From: a virus
Virus genome (UHGV): UHGV-0039449
Strand: one strand, 5' to 3'
DNA length: 44,033 nt
The translations under genes were made by a program, and so were the position numbers. The notes under the pieces were generated by a model that saw nothing but the letters and a program-made list of their open reading frames with translations, had not been told where the DNA came from and ran no database searches. Shown piece by piece: positions 17,168-26,678 of this stretch. The stretch's first letter is position 1, and every line of letters starts with the position of its first letter.

Positions 17168-17863
17168 ATGAATTTATTTGAGCGTTTGCTGTATCGCCGT
17201 CTTTGCGATGAGCAACCAGTCGATGGTGGAGCAGCTCCGGCTGCGTCAGAACCGTCAGCGCCTGCAGGTGATAACCCTGCTCCAGTTGGTGATCCATCAC
17301 AACAGGAAGGTGATAAGCCACAACCTGTTGCTGATGGCGATAAACCTGCTGATGACAAAAAGCCTGAAAACGATAAGCAGGATGAAAAAAAGGACGGCGA
17401 TAAACCAGAGGGTGCGCCTGAGAAGTACGAGTTTCAGGCTGCCGAAGGCGTAGAGCTGGATACAGAAGCGTTGAAGGAGTTCGAGCCGGTGGCGCGAGAA
17501 CTTAACCTGACCAACGAGCAAGCGCAAAAGCTGGTTGATGCTTATCCGAAGATTCTGGCAGGTGTGCAGCAGCGCCAGGCAGAAGCCTGGCAGAAAACAA
17601 CCGAGCAGTGGGCTGCTGATGTAAAAGCTGACAAAGAAATCGGTGGCGACAAGTTGATTTCTAACCTTAGCGCCGCACAGCGTGCGCTTGACCAGTTCGG
17701 GACACCTGAACTCAAAGAATATCTGAACACCACCGGGCTGGGTAATCACCCTGATCTGGTCAAAACGTTCGTGAAAATCGGAAAGGCGATGTCTGAAGAT
17801 GGCATGGTCACCGGTGGTAATGAAGGCCAGCGTAGTGCGGCCGAAGTGCTCTATGGCAAATAA
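17168..17863 (+). CDS. Scaffolding protein (acidic, coiled-coil)
   Basis: Low-complexity acidic N-terminus (PAPVGDPSQQEGDKPQPVADGDKPADDKKPENDKQDEKKDGDK) followed by helical region; lies between portal and capsid genes. Confidence 0.6.
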   Translation: MNLFERLLYRRLCDEQPVDGGAAPAASEPSAPAGDNPAPVGDPSQQEGDKPQPVADGDKPADDKKPENDKQDEKKDGDKPEGAPEKYEFQAAEGVELDTEALKEFEPVARELNLTNEQAQKLVDAYPKILAGVQQRQAEAWQKTTEQWAADVKADKEIGGDKLISNLSAAQRALDQFGTPELKEYLNTTGLGNHPDLVKTFVKIGKAMSEDGMVTGGNEGQRSAAEVLYGK

Positions 17864-17877
17864 GAGAGGAAATGACA

Positions 17878-18864
17878 ATGGCTGTTAAAGGCTTAACTGC
17901 GCTAACGCTGGCTGACTGGGGTAAGCGCGTCGATCCAAACGGGAAAGTCGATAAGATTATCGAGCTTCTCGGTCAAACTAACCCGATCCTTCAGGATATG
18001 CCTTTTGTCGAAGGGAACCTTCCTACCGGACACCGAACCACCATTCGTTCTGGTTTACCTTCAGCTACCTGGCGTTTGCTGAACTATGGCGTACAGCCAA
18101 GCAAATCAACCACAGTGCAGGTAACCGATTCCGTTGGCATGCTGGAAACCTATGCTGAAGTCGATAAGTCACTGGCTGATCTGAACGGCAATACCGCCGA
18201 ATTCCGCCTGTCTGAAGACCGCGCATTTATTGAAGCGATGAATCAGCAGATGGCGCAGACGCTGTTTTATGGTGATTCCAGCGTTAACCCTCAGCAGTTT
18301 ATGGGACTGTCCTCCCGCTATTCCAGCCTGTCTGCAGGTAATGCTCAGAACATCATTGATGCTGGTGGCACGGGTACAGATAACACCTCAATCTGGTTAG
18401 TGGTGTGGGGCGAAAACACCGTGCATGGCATCTTCCCGAAAGGGCAGAAGGCTGGCATTCAGATGGAAGATAAAGGCCAGGTGACACTGGAAGATGCTAA
18501 TGGCGGCAAGTACGAAGGCTACCGTACCCATTACAAATGGGACAACGGACTTGCTCTGCGTGACTGGCGTTATGTTGTTCGCATTGCAAACATCGATGTC
18601 AGCAATCTTTCAGAACCTTCCTCTGCCGCAAATATTGCGAAGTTGATGGTTAAAGCACTGCATCGCATTCCAAACCGTGGCATGGGTCGCCCGGTGTTCT
18701 ACATGAACCGCACTGTAGGCCAGGCTCTTGATTTGCAGTCTCTGGAGAAAACATCTCTGGCGATTAGCGTAAAAGAGACTGAAGGCGAGTGGTGGACGTC
18801 ATTCCGTGGTGTACCAATCCGTGAAACTGATGCGCTTCTGGAAACAGAAGCCCGCGTGGTGTAA
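17878..18864 (+). CDS. Major capsid protein
   Basis: About 329 aa directly after the scaffold gene; strong GAGAGGA RBS; called from size and position in the head module. Confidence 0.75.
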   Translation: MAVKGLTALTLADWGKRVDPNGKVDKIIELLGQTNPILQDMPFVEGNLPTGHRTTIRSGLPSATWRLLNYGVQPSKSTTVQVTDSVGMLETYAEVDKSLADLNGNTAEFRLSEDRAFIEAMNQQMAQTLFYGDSSVNPQQFMGLSSRYSSLSAGNAQNIIDAGGTGTDNTSIWLVVWGENTVHGIFPKGQKAGIQMEDKGQVTLEDANGGKYEGYRTHYKWDNGLALRDWRYVVRIANIDVSNLSEPSSAANIAKLMVKALHRIPNRGMGRPVFYMNRTVGQALDLQSLEKTSLAISVKETEGEWWTSFRGVPIRETDALLETEARVV

Positions 18865-18915
18865 CGCCTGTTATTAACCTGTGGGTCGTAACAGACCCAC
18901 TAATGGAGAAAGAAG

Positions 18916-19353
18916 ATGATCACCGACAAACTGTTGATGTTCTCCGAAGCTCAGGCGGTTACGAATACCGCGGCTTCTACTGACGTAATCGATCTCGGTC
19001 CAATTGATGGAAACCGTCGCGATATCGGCGTGGGTTATCCGCTTGAGTTTTGGGTGCTGGTTAACGAAGCCGCCACGGCAAGTGGTGAGGCAACTGTAAA
19101 CATCCAGTTGCAGACGAGTGAGAATAACAGCTCATGGTCCACTATTTATGATAGTGGCGCACTGGCAAAGGCTACCCTGACAGCAGGTAAACGAGTTGTT
19201 TCTGCAAAGGTGCCTGCCGGTGTTCAGCGATATCTGCGTGTTAACTACTCCGTCGCAACTGGCCCACTAACGGCTGGCGAATTCACTGCTGGTATCAGTC
19301 TTGATGTTGATGCCAATACGCCGTATCCGATCCGCTCAAAAGTAACTGGTTAA
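18916..19353 (+). CDS. Hypothetical virion protein
   Basis: 145 aa downstream of the capsid gene; beta-rich. Confidence 0.45.
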   Translation: MITDKLLMFSEAQAVTNTAASTDVIDLGPIDGNRRDIGVGYPLEFWVLVNEAATASGEATVNIQLQTSENNSSWSTIYDSGALAKATLTAGKRVVSAKVPAGVQRYLRVNYSVATGPLTAGEFTAGISLDVDANTPYPIRSKVTG

Positions 19354-19363
19354 GGTGATATCG

Positions 19364-19699
19364 ATGTCAGGTGAGAAACCAAGATACCGCGTTCTGCGCC
19401 TCTCTCATATCCATAACACTCTGTGGCCGGAGGGGGCAGAAATCGAATACGAAGGTGAGCCTGGTAGCGCACTGGAACCTGTTAACGATGCAGCCAGACA
19501 GGCAAAAGCAAAAGTTGCAGGAAAAGTGTCAATGGCAGCAACCAGCACCAAAATCATCAACGATGTGTCAGATGATGGTGAACTGGATAAGCTCCGTGAA
19601 GAGTACGAATTGCTCTTTAACGAGAAGCCACACCATAACGCCAAAGCCGAAACGCTCCGCGAGAAGATCGCAGATAAGCGTAAAGAACTGGGCGTGTAA
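19364..19699 (+). CDS. Hypothetical protein
   Basis: ATG 19364 with AAGGTG RBS; charged helical C-terminus. Confidence 0.4.
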   Translation: MSGEKPRYRVLRLSHIHNTLWPEGAEIEYEGEPGSALEPVNDAARQAKAKVAGKVSMAATSTKIINDVSDDGELDKLREEYELLFNEKPHHNAKAETLREKIADKRKELGV

Positions 19700-19749
19700 G
19701 CCTCGCGGATCAGACAAGGGGCTTCGGCCCCTTTATTGCAGGAGTGTAT

Positions 19750-20073
19750 ATGGAACTCGTAAACCTCAAAACCGGCACTGACAGCTACCAGGATGAGAGC
19801 GGAGAAACCAGAACTCGCGATGAATACCCGTGGGGGCTGTGCATCACTCTTAATAACGACACATTGAATAAGCTGAAGGCGCAACCTCAGGGCGTCGGAA
19901 CAGAAGTGATGATAACTGCAAAGGCTGTTATTCGAGGCCTGTCTGCCAGAGAAACTGACGATGGTGTTAATCGCAGCGCCGATCTGCAGATCACTGATAT
20001 GGCGATCGCTCCTGTTTCCGGGGATGTAGAAAAATCAGCGGCTGAAACCCTGTACGGCAATGGGGGTGAGTAA
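19750..20073 (+). CDS. Hypothetical virion protein
   Basis: ATG 19750 with AGGAG RBS 6 nt upstream. Confidence 0.4.
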   Translation: MELVNLKTGTDSYQDESGETRTRDEYPWGLCITLNNDTLNKLKAQPQGVGTEVMITAKAVIRGLSARETDDGVNRSADLQITDMAIAPVSGDVEKSAAETLYGNGGE

Positions 20074-20678
20074 TGGCCTCTGTAGTAGAGATCTGCAATC
20101 GTGCGCTGTCCAATATTGGCAATAGCCGCAGCATTAACAGCCTGACGGAAGCCAGCAAGGAAGCGGGGGAATGTTCACTGCACTTTGAGGCCTGCCGTGA
20201 TGCTGTGCTTTCTGATTTTGACTGGAACTTTGCTACCAAACGCGTGGTGCTTGCAGATACGAACAATCCACCGCCTGACTGGGAATATGCGTACCAGTAC
20301 CCGTCCGATTGTCTGCGCATTACTGAAATTATGCTTCCTGGTGTACGCAATCCAACAGCAGCAATGCGCGTTCAGTACGAAGTAGGTGTAGACACCAACG
20401 GAACAGGAAAGTTGATCTACACAGACCAGCCTCAGGCATGGCTCAAGTATGTCTCTCGCGTTACAGATGTGAACATGTTTGATGCCATTTTTATGGAGGC
20501 GTTGGCCTGGCGTCTTGCGGCAGCTATTAACATGGCGCTGACTGGGAATGCAGACCTCGGTACGTTTGCCCTCAATATGTACAATCGCGTGATTCTTAGT
20601 GCTGGCTCGCATAGCCAGAATGAATCACAGGAACCTCAGCCACCGGTTGATGAGTTTACCATTGCGAGGTTGTCCTGA
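20073..20678 (+). CDS. Tail tubular protein A-like (gatekeeper/adaptor)
   Basis: 201 aa immediately before an 823-aa protein, mirroring the size and order of podovirus tail tube proteins A and B; call is from synteny only. Confidence 0.45.
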   Translation: MASVVEICNRALSNIGNSRSINSLTEASKEAGECSLHFEACRDAVLSDFDWNFATKRVVLADTNNPPPDWEYAYQYPSDCLRITEIMLPGVRNPTAAMRVQYEVGVDTNGTGKLIYTDQPQAWLKYVSRVTDVNMFDAIFMEALAWRLAAAINMALTGNADLGTFALNMYNRVILSAGSHSQNESQEPQPPVDEFTIARLS

Positions 20679-23149
20679 TGGCTATCAGTTGGATCCAGCC
20701 CAGCTTTGCTGGTGGTGAGATTGGACCGTCGTTGTACGGACGTATCGACATGGCGAAGTACCAGGTGGCATTGCGCAAGTGCGATAACTTTATCGTGCGG
20801 CAGTATGGCGGCGTTGAGAATCGACCTGGTACGCGTTTTGTCGGTGCCGCCAAATACCCAAATCGGAAATGCCGCCTGATCCCGTTCCAGTTCTCGACGG
20901 TTCAGACTTATGCTCTGGAGTTCGGACACCAGTACATGCGCGTTATCAAAGATGGTGCGTTGGTGCTGAACAGCAGCAATGTTATTTATGAAATTGCCAC
21001 GCCATATACTGAAGCCGATCTGTTCCGAATTAAATTCACGCAAAGCGCCGACGTGCTTACGCTGGTTCACCCGGCATACCCGCCGAAAGAGTTGCGCCGA
21101 TATGCTCATGACAACTGGCAACTGGTTGATGTGGTAACGAAGAACGGGCCATTTGAAGATATCAATATTGACGAGTCAGTGACGGTTTATGCCAGCGCCA
21201 GCACCGGGACAATTACGTTAACGGCAAGCGCCTCTATTTTTGGCGCGGAGCAGGTAGGCAAATTGTTCTATCTGGAACAGCCTGCAGTGGATTCAGTACC
21301 GGTATGGGAAACCAGTAAGAGTACGTCGATTGGCGATATTCGCCGTGCAGATAGTAACTACTATCGCGCCGTTACAGCAGGCAAAACAGGTACTTTGCGC
21401 CCTTCGCATACAGAAGGCACATCATGGGATGGCTGGGGCGGATCCGGTGATGATGATACTGGCATTGAGTGGGAGTATCTGCACAGTGGTTTTGGCATTG
21501 CCCGTATCACTGCTGCAAATGGCACTACTGCAACTGCTGAGGTGATTTCCTATATCCCTTCGCAGGTCGTTGGCGAGGATAATGCCAGCTATAAATGGGC
21601 TAAATATGCCTGGAACAGTGTTAATGGTTATCCTGGCACTGTTGTTTATTATCAACAACGTCTTTACTTCGCCGCATCGACTGCGTTCCCTCAGACTATC
21701 TGGGCCAGCCGTACCGGGGATTATAAGGATTTTGGCAAAAGCAATCCTACGCAGGATGACGACAGAATTATCTACACCTATGCCGGGCGTCAGGTTAATG
21801 AGATCCGCCACCTGATTGATGTCGGTTCTCTGGTGGCACTGACTTCCGGAGGTGAGTACGTCATCACCGGCGATCAGAACAAAGTGTTAACCCCATCATC
21901 ATTTGCATTCAGCTCTCAGGGATCAAATGGCTCGAGCAATGTCCCACCAATTGCCGTGGCGAATATTGCTCTGTTCGTCCAGGAGAAAGGCAGTGTTGTC
22001 CGTGATCTGGCCTACTCATTCGATGTTGACGGCTATCAGGGGAACGACCTGACCATCCTTGCCAATCATCTTTTTCAGAAGCACAGCATTGTTGACTGGT
22101 GCTTCTCTATTGTCCCTTACTCCAGCGCCTTCTGCATTCGTGATGACGGTAAATTACTGGTGATGACCTATTTGCGTGATCAGCAGGTTTTTGCATGGGC
22201 ACCACAATCCAGTACCGGAAAATATGAAAGCACATGCAGTATCAGCGAAGGCAATGAAGATGCGGTGTATTTCGTCGTTAACCGAACCGTTAACGGGCAA
22301 AAAGTGAGATACATCGAGCGGCTGTCCAGCCGTTTATTTACCAGCGATGAAGATGCTTTCTTTGTTGATTCTGGCCTTAGCTATGATGGAAGAAATACGT
22401 CTGACAGAACGATGACCATCAGTGGTGGTTCTGGTGAATGGGATTACCGTGCGGAATATACAATCAGTGTTTCTGGTGGTGCGTACTTCACCAGTAGTGA
22501 TGTCTGCGCGCAACTACAGTTCCCTTATACCGGAACTGATCCTGATACTGGCGATGAAGTGTCAAAAGAATTACGTTGCGACATTATTTCTGTAACCAGC
22601 AATACCGCTGTAGTGGTTCGTGCTAACAGGAACGTCCCGCCATCCCTCAGGAATGTGGCCACCACGAACTGGCAGATGGCGCGCCGGACATTTGGAGGCC
22701 TGTCTCATCTTGAAGGCCAGACCGTAAACATTCTCTCTGATGCGAACGTGGAACCACAGAAAGTAGTTTCCGGAGGTGCCGTCACGCTGGAATCTCCGGG
22801 GGCTGTAGTGCACATCGGCCTGCCAATAACTGCTGAATTCGAAACACTGGATATCAACATTAACGGACAGGAAACGCTGCTGGACAAAAAACAGGTGATC
22901 CCATCCGTTACTCTGGTTGTGAATGCCAGTCGCGGCATCTGGGCGACTACGCCTGGCGGTAAATGGTACGAATATCCACAGCGTGAATTCGAGTTCTACG
23001 ATGATCCTGTTGATGATGCTACCGGAAAAGTAGAAGTGAAACTGGACAGTAACTGGGGCAAAAACGGACGTGTAAAAATCCGTCAGCTTGACCCGTTGCC
23101 GCTGTCTGTTCTTGCCGTTATTCCTCGCCTTACTGTTGGGGGGTTCTGA
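20678..23149 (+). CDS. Tail tubular protein B-like (nozzle)
   Basis: 823 aa, overlap-coupled to the upstream gene; call is from size and synteny. Confidence 0.5.
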   Translation: MAISWIQPSFAGGEIGPSLYGRIDMAKYQVALRKCDNFIVRQYGGVENRPGTRFVGAAKYPNRKCRLIPFQFSTVQTYALEFGHQYMRVIKDGALVLNSSNVIYEIATPYTEADLFRIKFTQSADVLTLVHPAYPPKELRRYAHDNWQLVDVVTKNGPFEDINIDESVTVYASASTGTITLTASASIFGAEQVGKLFYLEQPAVDSVPVWETSKSTSIGDIRRADSNYYRAVTAGKTGTLRPSHTEGTSWDGWGGSGDDDTGIEWEYLHSGFGIARITAANGTTATAEVISYIPSQVVGEDNASYKWAKYAWNSVNGYPGTVVYYQQRLYFAASTAFPQTIWASRTGDYKDFGKSNPTQDDDRIIYTYAGRQVNEIRHLIDVGSLVALTSGGEYVITGDQNKVLTPSSFAFSSQGSNGSSNVPPIAVANIALFVQEKGSVVRDLAYSFDVDGYQGNDLTILANHLFQKHSIVDWCFSIVPYSSAFCIRDDGKLLVMTYLRDQQVFAWAPQSSTGKYESTCSISEGNEDAVYFVVNRTVNGQKVRYIERLSSRLFTSDEDAFFVDSGLSYDGRNTSDRTMTISGGSGEWDYRAEYTISVSGGAYFTSSDVCAQLQFPYTGTDPDTGDEVSKELRCDIISVTSNTAVVVRANRNVPPSLRNVATTNWQMARRTFGGLSHLEGQTVNILSDANVEPQKVVSGGAVTLESPGAVVHIGLPITAEFETLDININGQETLLDKKQVIPSVTLVVNASRGIWATTPGGKWYEYPQREFEFYDDPVDDATGKVEVKLDSNWGKNGRVKIRQLDPLPLSVLAVIPRLTVGGF

Positions 23150-23613
23150 TGATCGATGTTCAAATTATTCCCGCAACCGAAGAGCATCTTCAGATGATTT
23201 TGCCGGATGTTCGTCAGGCTGATATTGACGAACTGTATGCGGTATCGCTGATGACTACCGAAGATGCGCTGCGTGTTGGTCTGCGTACTGCGACTATGGC
23301 CTGGTCAGGATTTGCGAACGGAGAACTGGTAACCATGTTTGGCGTATCTCCGGCGTCAATGATCGGTGGCAATGGTACGCCCTGGCTGGTCGGAACCAGC
23401 CGTATCGAAAAATATCAGAAGACATTTCTTCGCCACTGCCGCCCTGTATTGCAGCAGATGCTGGCAGTTTATCCGCGCCTGGAAAACTACGTCGACGAGC
23501 GAAACCACGTTGCCAAAGCATGGCTGCACTGGCTTGGATTCAGGCTTGAAGAAGCCGCGCCTTATGGTGCTCTTGGTCTTAATTTCCACAGATTTCACAT
23601 GGAGAGAAAATAA
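23149..23613 (+). CDS. Hypothetical virion-associated protein
   Basis: 154 aa, overlap-coupled on both sides. Confidence 0.45.
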   Translation: MIDVQIIPATEEHLQMILPDVRQADIDELYAVSLMTTEDALRVGLRTATMAWSGFANGELVTMFGVSPASMIGGNGTPWLVGTSRIEKYQKTFLRHCRPVLQQMLAVYPRLENYVDERNHVAKAWLHWLGFRLEEAAPYGALGLNFHRFHMERK

Positions 23614-24152
23614 TGTGTAACCCAGCCATCGCTTTGGTTGCCGTCACAGTGGCATCCACAGCCGCGTCAATGTACAGCCAGAGCAAGCAGGCAAAATACC
23701 AGTCAGCCATAGCTGATCGGAATGCTGAAATTGCTGAAGCTCAGGCACAGGATTCAATCAATCGTGGGAATATTGAAGCGGATCAGCGTCGTCGTGAAAT
23801 GCGTCAACGCTCAGGCACTGCGGCGGCCACTATGGGGGCTACCGGTGCGGAATTAAGTAGCGGAACAGCTCTTGACGTTTTTGCGGATAATGCTCAGTTC
23901 GGCACTCTTGATGCGTTAACGACAGTGAATAACGCTCAGCGTGAGGCATATGGGTATCAGGTTCAGGGAATGAATGCTCGGGCACAGGGGGCTGCTGCTC
24001 AGTCGGCTGCTAAATCATCGATGACCAGCACTTTGTTAACGGCACCACTAAAAGCATACGGTGCATACCAGATGGGCGGAGGAACGTGGAGCCCGTTCTC
24101 TCAGAAGGCTGCGCCGATTTCTGCTGCTGTTGGCACTCCAACCGGTCGATAA
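23613..24152 (+). CDS. Internal virion protein (small, Ala/Gln-rich)
   Basis: 179 aa with hydrophobic N-terminus and low-complexity A/Q-rich body, preceding the large internal proteins. Confidence 0.5.
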   Translation: MCNPAIALVAVTVASTAASMYSQSKQAKYQSAIADRNAEIAEAQAQDSINRGNIEADQRRREMRQRSGTAAATMGATGAELSSGTALDVFADNAQFGTLDALTTVNNAQREAYGYQVQGMNARAQGAAAQSAAKSSMTSTLLTAPLKAYGAYQMGGGTWSPFSQKAAPISAAVGTPTGR

Positions 24153-24164
24153 GGGGATAATAAG

Positions 24165-26678
24165 ATGCCAGTTGTACCAACAACATCGGGCCGTCAGGTT
24201 CAGAGCAGAGGGATTTCGACGCAGGGATTCTCATCGTTTCAGACACTAAATGTCGGTGATGTACTTGGCGATGTTGCAGAGCAATATGCAGGTATTATTG
24301 CGCAGGCAAAACAGCGTGCGAATGTTGCTATGGCTCAGGATGCTTCTCTTAGCTTAAGCCAGATAAGCAGCGATCTGCTGAATAATCCTGAAACAGGATT
24401 GCTTAACCTGAAAGGGAAAAATGCTATTGGAAAAGGTCAGGAGTATACGCAGCAGTTTGATGCTCAGGTCGAACAACTGGCTATGTCGCTGCCGGATGAA
24501 CAGGCTCGTAATGCTTTCATGCAGCAGGCGCAGCAGCAGCGCATTCAGTTCACTACGCAGGCAGGGCGGCACGAGATAGGGCAAATAAATGCCTACGAAG
24601 AAGGCCAGTTTCAGGCTGCGCTGCTGAACAATGGTAAAAATGCCGCAGCATTGTATGGCGACAACGCCGCATACGTATTGGCTAATAAGCAAACTTTCCA
24701 GCAAATTGAGGATTACGGCATTGCACATGGCTGGAGTGACGAGCAAATCCAGGCCAAGAAAATCGAGTTTAAAGAGAAGGTTGCTGATGCTGCATTGTCC
24801 CAGTGGTCGGCAAACAATGCGACCGCATTCATCCAAAGTAATGGCGAGTTAAGTGATACTGCTGCTGGAGCTCGCCGTGCTGTAGCAGATAGTGACTCTT
24901 CCGAGCGTGCCCGTGGCATACGCAACAATAACCCAGGAAATCTCGAATACAGCAAAACTAATCCGTGGGTAGGCCAGACCGGTGATGATGGTCGATTTGC
25001 TAAATTCGAAACACCTGAACACGGGATTCGTGCATTAGGGCGGAACCTGATGTCGTATCAGCGGCAGGGTATTGATACAGTCAGCGAGATAATTAATCGC
25101 TGGGCACCGCCTACTGATAAAAATGACACTATGTCGTATATCAAAGCAGTGTGCGAACAACTTGGCGTTTCTGCTGATGAGCCTCTCGATGCATCAAATC
25201 CTGATACCCTGAAGGCGCTTTGTGCAGCCATTATCCATCATGAGAACGGTAGCCAGCCATACAGTGATCAGCAGTTAACTGCTGGTGTCAGTGCAGCACT
25301 TGGTTTATCAACAATTCCAACCAACACCAAACGCTATACCGGTAATGCAGCATTCGATGCGGCATCTCCTGAGGCGCAGGCAAGTTATATGCGACAGGCG
25401 GATCAACTGCGTCGGCAGCAGCAGGCTGAATATAAAACGATGATTGACAGCCAGGTTCGCGATGCGACGGCTGCGTATATGCGTGGCGTTGAATTTCCTA
25501 ATCCACCTGGTGAGGCTGATTTTATTGCAGCTTATGGCGTCAGAGAAGGAAACCTGCGATATACCGAGTTCAGAAATACGCAGATCGCCGGACAGTATAT
25601 AGGCTCTTTCCGCAACATGCCGACAAGCAGCATTACAGCATATGTTGAGCAATTACGCCCGGATACTGGTGAGACAGGGGAGGGGTATGCGGCACGCGCA
25701 GCTCTTTATGACAACGTTGTTTCGGCTGCAAATCAGGTGATAAAGCAGCGGCAGTCGGATCCTGTGCAGTTCTCTCTTGCCGCCGGACAGGCAAAGCCTA
25801 TCGACATGAGCAATAAGGATAACTTTGGACAGAGCGTTGCCTTGCGTGCCGCTCAGGTCAGTGACCTTGCCAAGTCATATGGCACTCCACTGACGTTCTT
25901 TTCCAAAGACGAGGCCAATCAGATCGGTGTTTTCTTTCGTGATGCGCCCGTTTCCCAACAGGCAGCATATCTCGATACCATCAGGCAAAGCACTGGTGGT
26001 GGGCAGGTGTATATGTCAGCACTACAGCAGATCAGTGCCAACGCTCCATCTGCTGCCGTTGCCGGGATACTGATGGATAAACCTGGTGGTATTTTGGCAG
26101 AAAAAAACTGGTTTAATCCGGATGTTTCCGTGTCACCTGAAACCGCTGCGCAGACAATTCTTGCTGGCGCGGCGGCTCGTAAAGGTACTGATGATGCGAA
26201 AGGTATTCCGATGCCTAAAGATGCTGATCTTCGCCTTGAGTTTTCTGACATGGTGAAGGATGCATTTGCTGGTGATGCTCAGGGGGCATCAATGGCATAC
26301 GAGATCGCAAAGGACTATTACGCTGGTGTGATGGCGAAAAAAGGCGTGGTATCAGGCGAAATTGACAATGATATCTGGAAACAGGCTGTTAACGTAGCTA
26401 CAGGTGGCGTGCATGACTATAACGGAATGGGGAATGTCCTTTTGCCGTGGGGAATGTCTGCAGAGCAATTCGATAAGCAGGTTAATCAGGCTTGGAATGA
26501 ACAAGTTGTCGGCACAGGGATAAAAACACCGCCTGGTCAGTATGGTTTGCAAAGTTACGGCGATAGTCAGTACCTGGTAAAACTTGGGACTGGATATCTG
26601 CTGAAGGATGATGGTTCTCCTGTTGTTCTTGATCTGACACAGAAGCGTCAGAGATTCTCCGGAGATATTCCGCAATGA
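24165..26678 (+). CDS. Internal virion / ejection protein
   Basis: 837 aa; conserved-looking central block ERARGIRNNNPGNLEYSKTNPWVGQTGDDGRFAKFETPEHGIRALG..., possibly a cell-wall-directed domain. Confidence 0.55.
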   Translation: MPVVPTTSGRQVQSRGISTQGFSSFQTLNVGDVLGDVAEQYAGIIAQAKQRANVAMAQDASLSLSQISSDLLNNPETGLLNLKGKNAIGKGQEYTQQFDAQVEQLAMSLPDEQARNAFMQQAQQQRIQFTTQAGRHEIGQINAYEEGQFQAALLNNGKNAAALYGDNAAYVLANKQTFQQIEDYGIAHGWSDEQIQAKKIEFKEKVADAALSQWSANNATAFIQSNGELSDTAAGARRAVADSDSSERARGIRNNNPGNLEYSKTNPWVGQTGDDGRFAKFETPEHGIRALGRNLMSYQRQGIDTVSEIINRWAPPTDKNDTMSYIKAVCEQLGVSADEPLDASNPDTLKALCAAIIHHENGSQPYSDQQLTAGVSAALGLSTIPTNTKRYTGNAAFDAASPEAQASYMRQADQLRRQQQAEYKTMIDSQVRDATAAYMRGVEFPNPPGEADFIAAYGVREGNLRYTEFRNTQIAGQYIGSFRNMPTSSITAYVEQLRPDTGETGEGYAARAALYDNVVSAANQVIKQRQSDPVQFSLAAGQAKPIDMSNKDNFGQSVALRAAQVSDLAKSYGTPLTFFSKDEANQIGVFFRDAPVSQQAAYLDTIRQSTGGGQVYMSALQQISANAPSAAVAGILMDKPGGILAEKNWFNPDVSVSPETAAQTILAGAAARKGTDDAKGIPMPKDADLRLEFSDMVKDAFAGDAQGASMAYEIAKDYYAGVMAKKGVVSGEIDNDIWKQAVNVATGGVHDYNGMGNVLLPWGMSAEQFDKQVNQAWNEQVVGTGIKTPPGQYGLQSYGDSQYLVKLGTGYLLKDDGSPVVLDLTQKRQRFSGDIPQ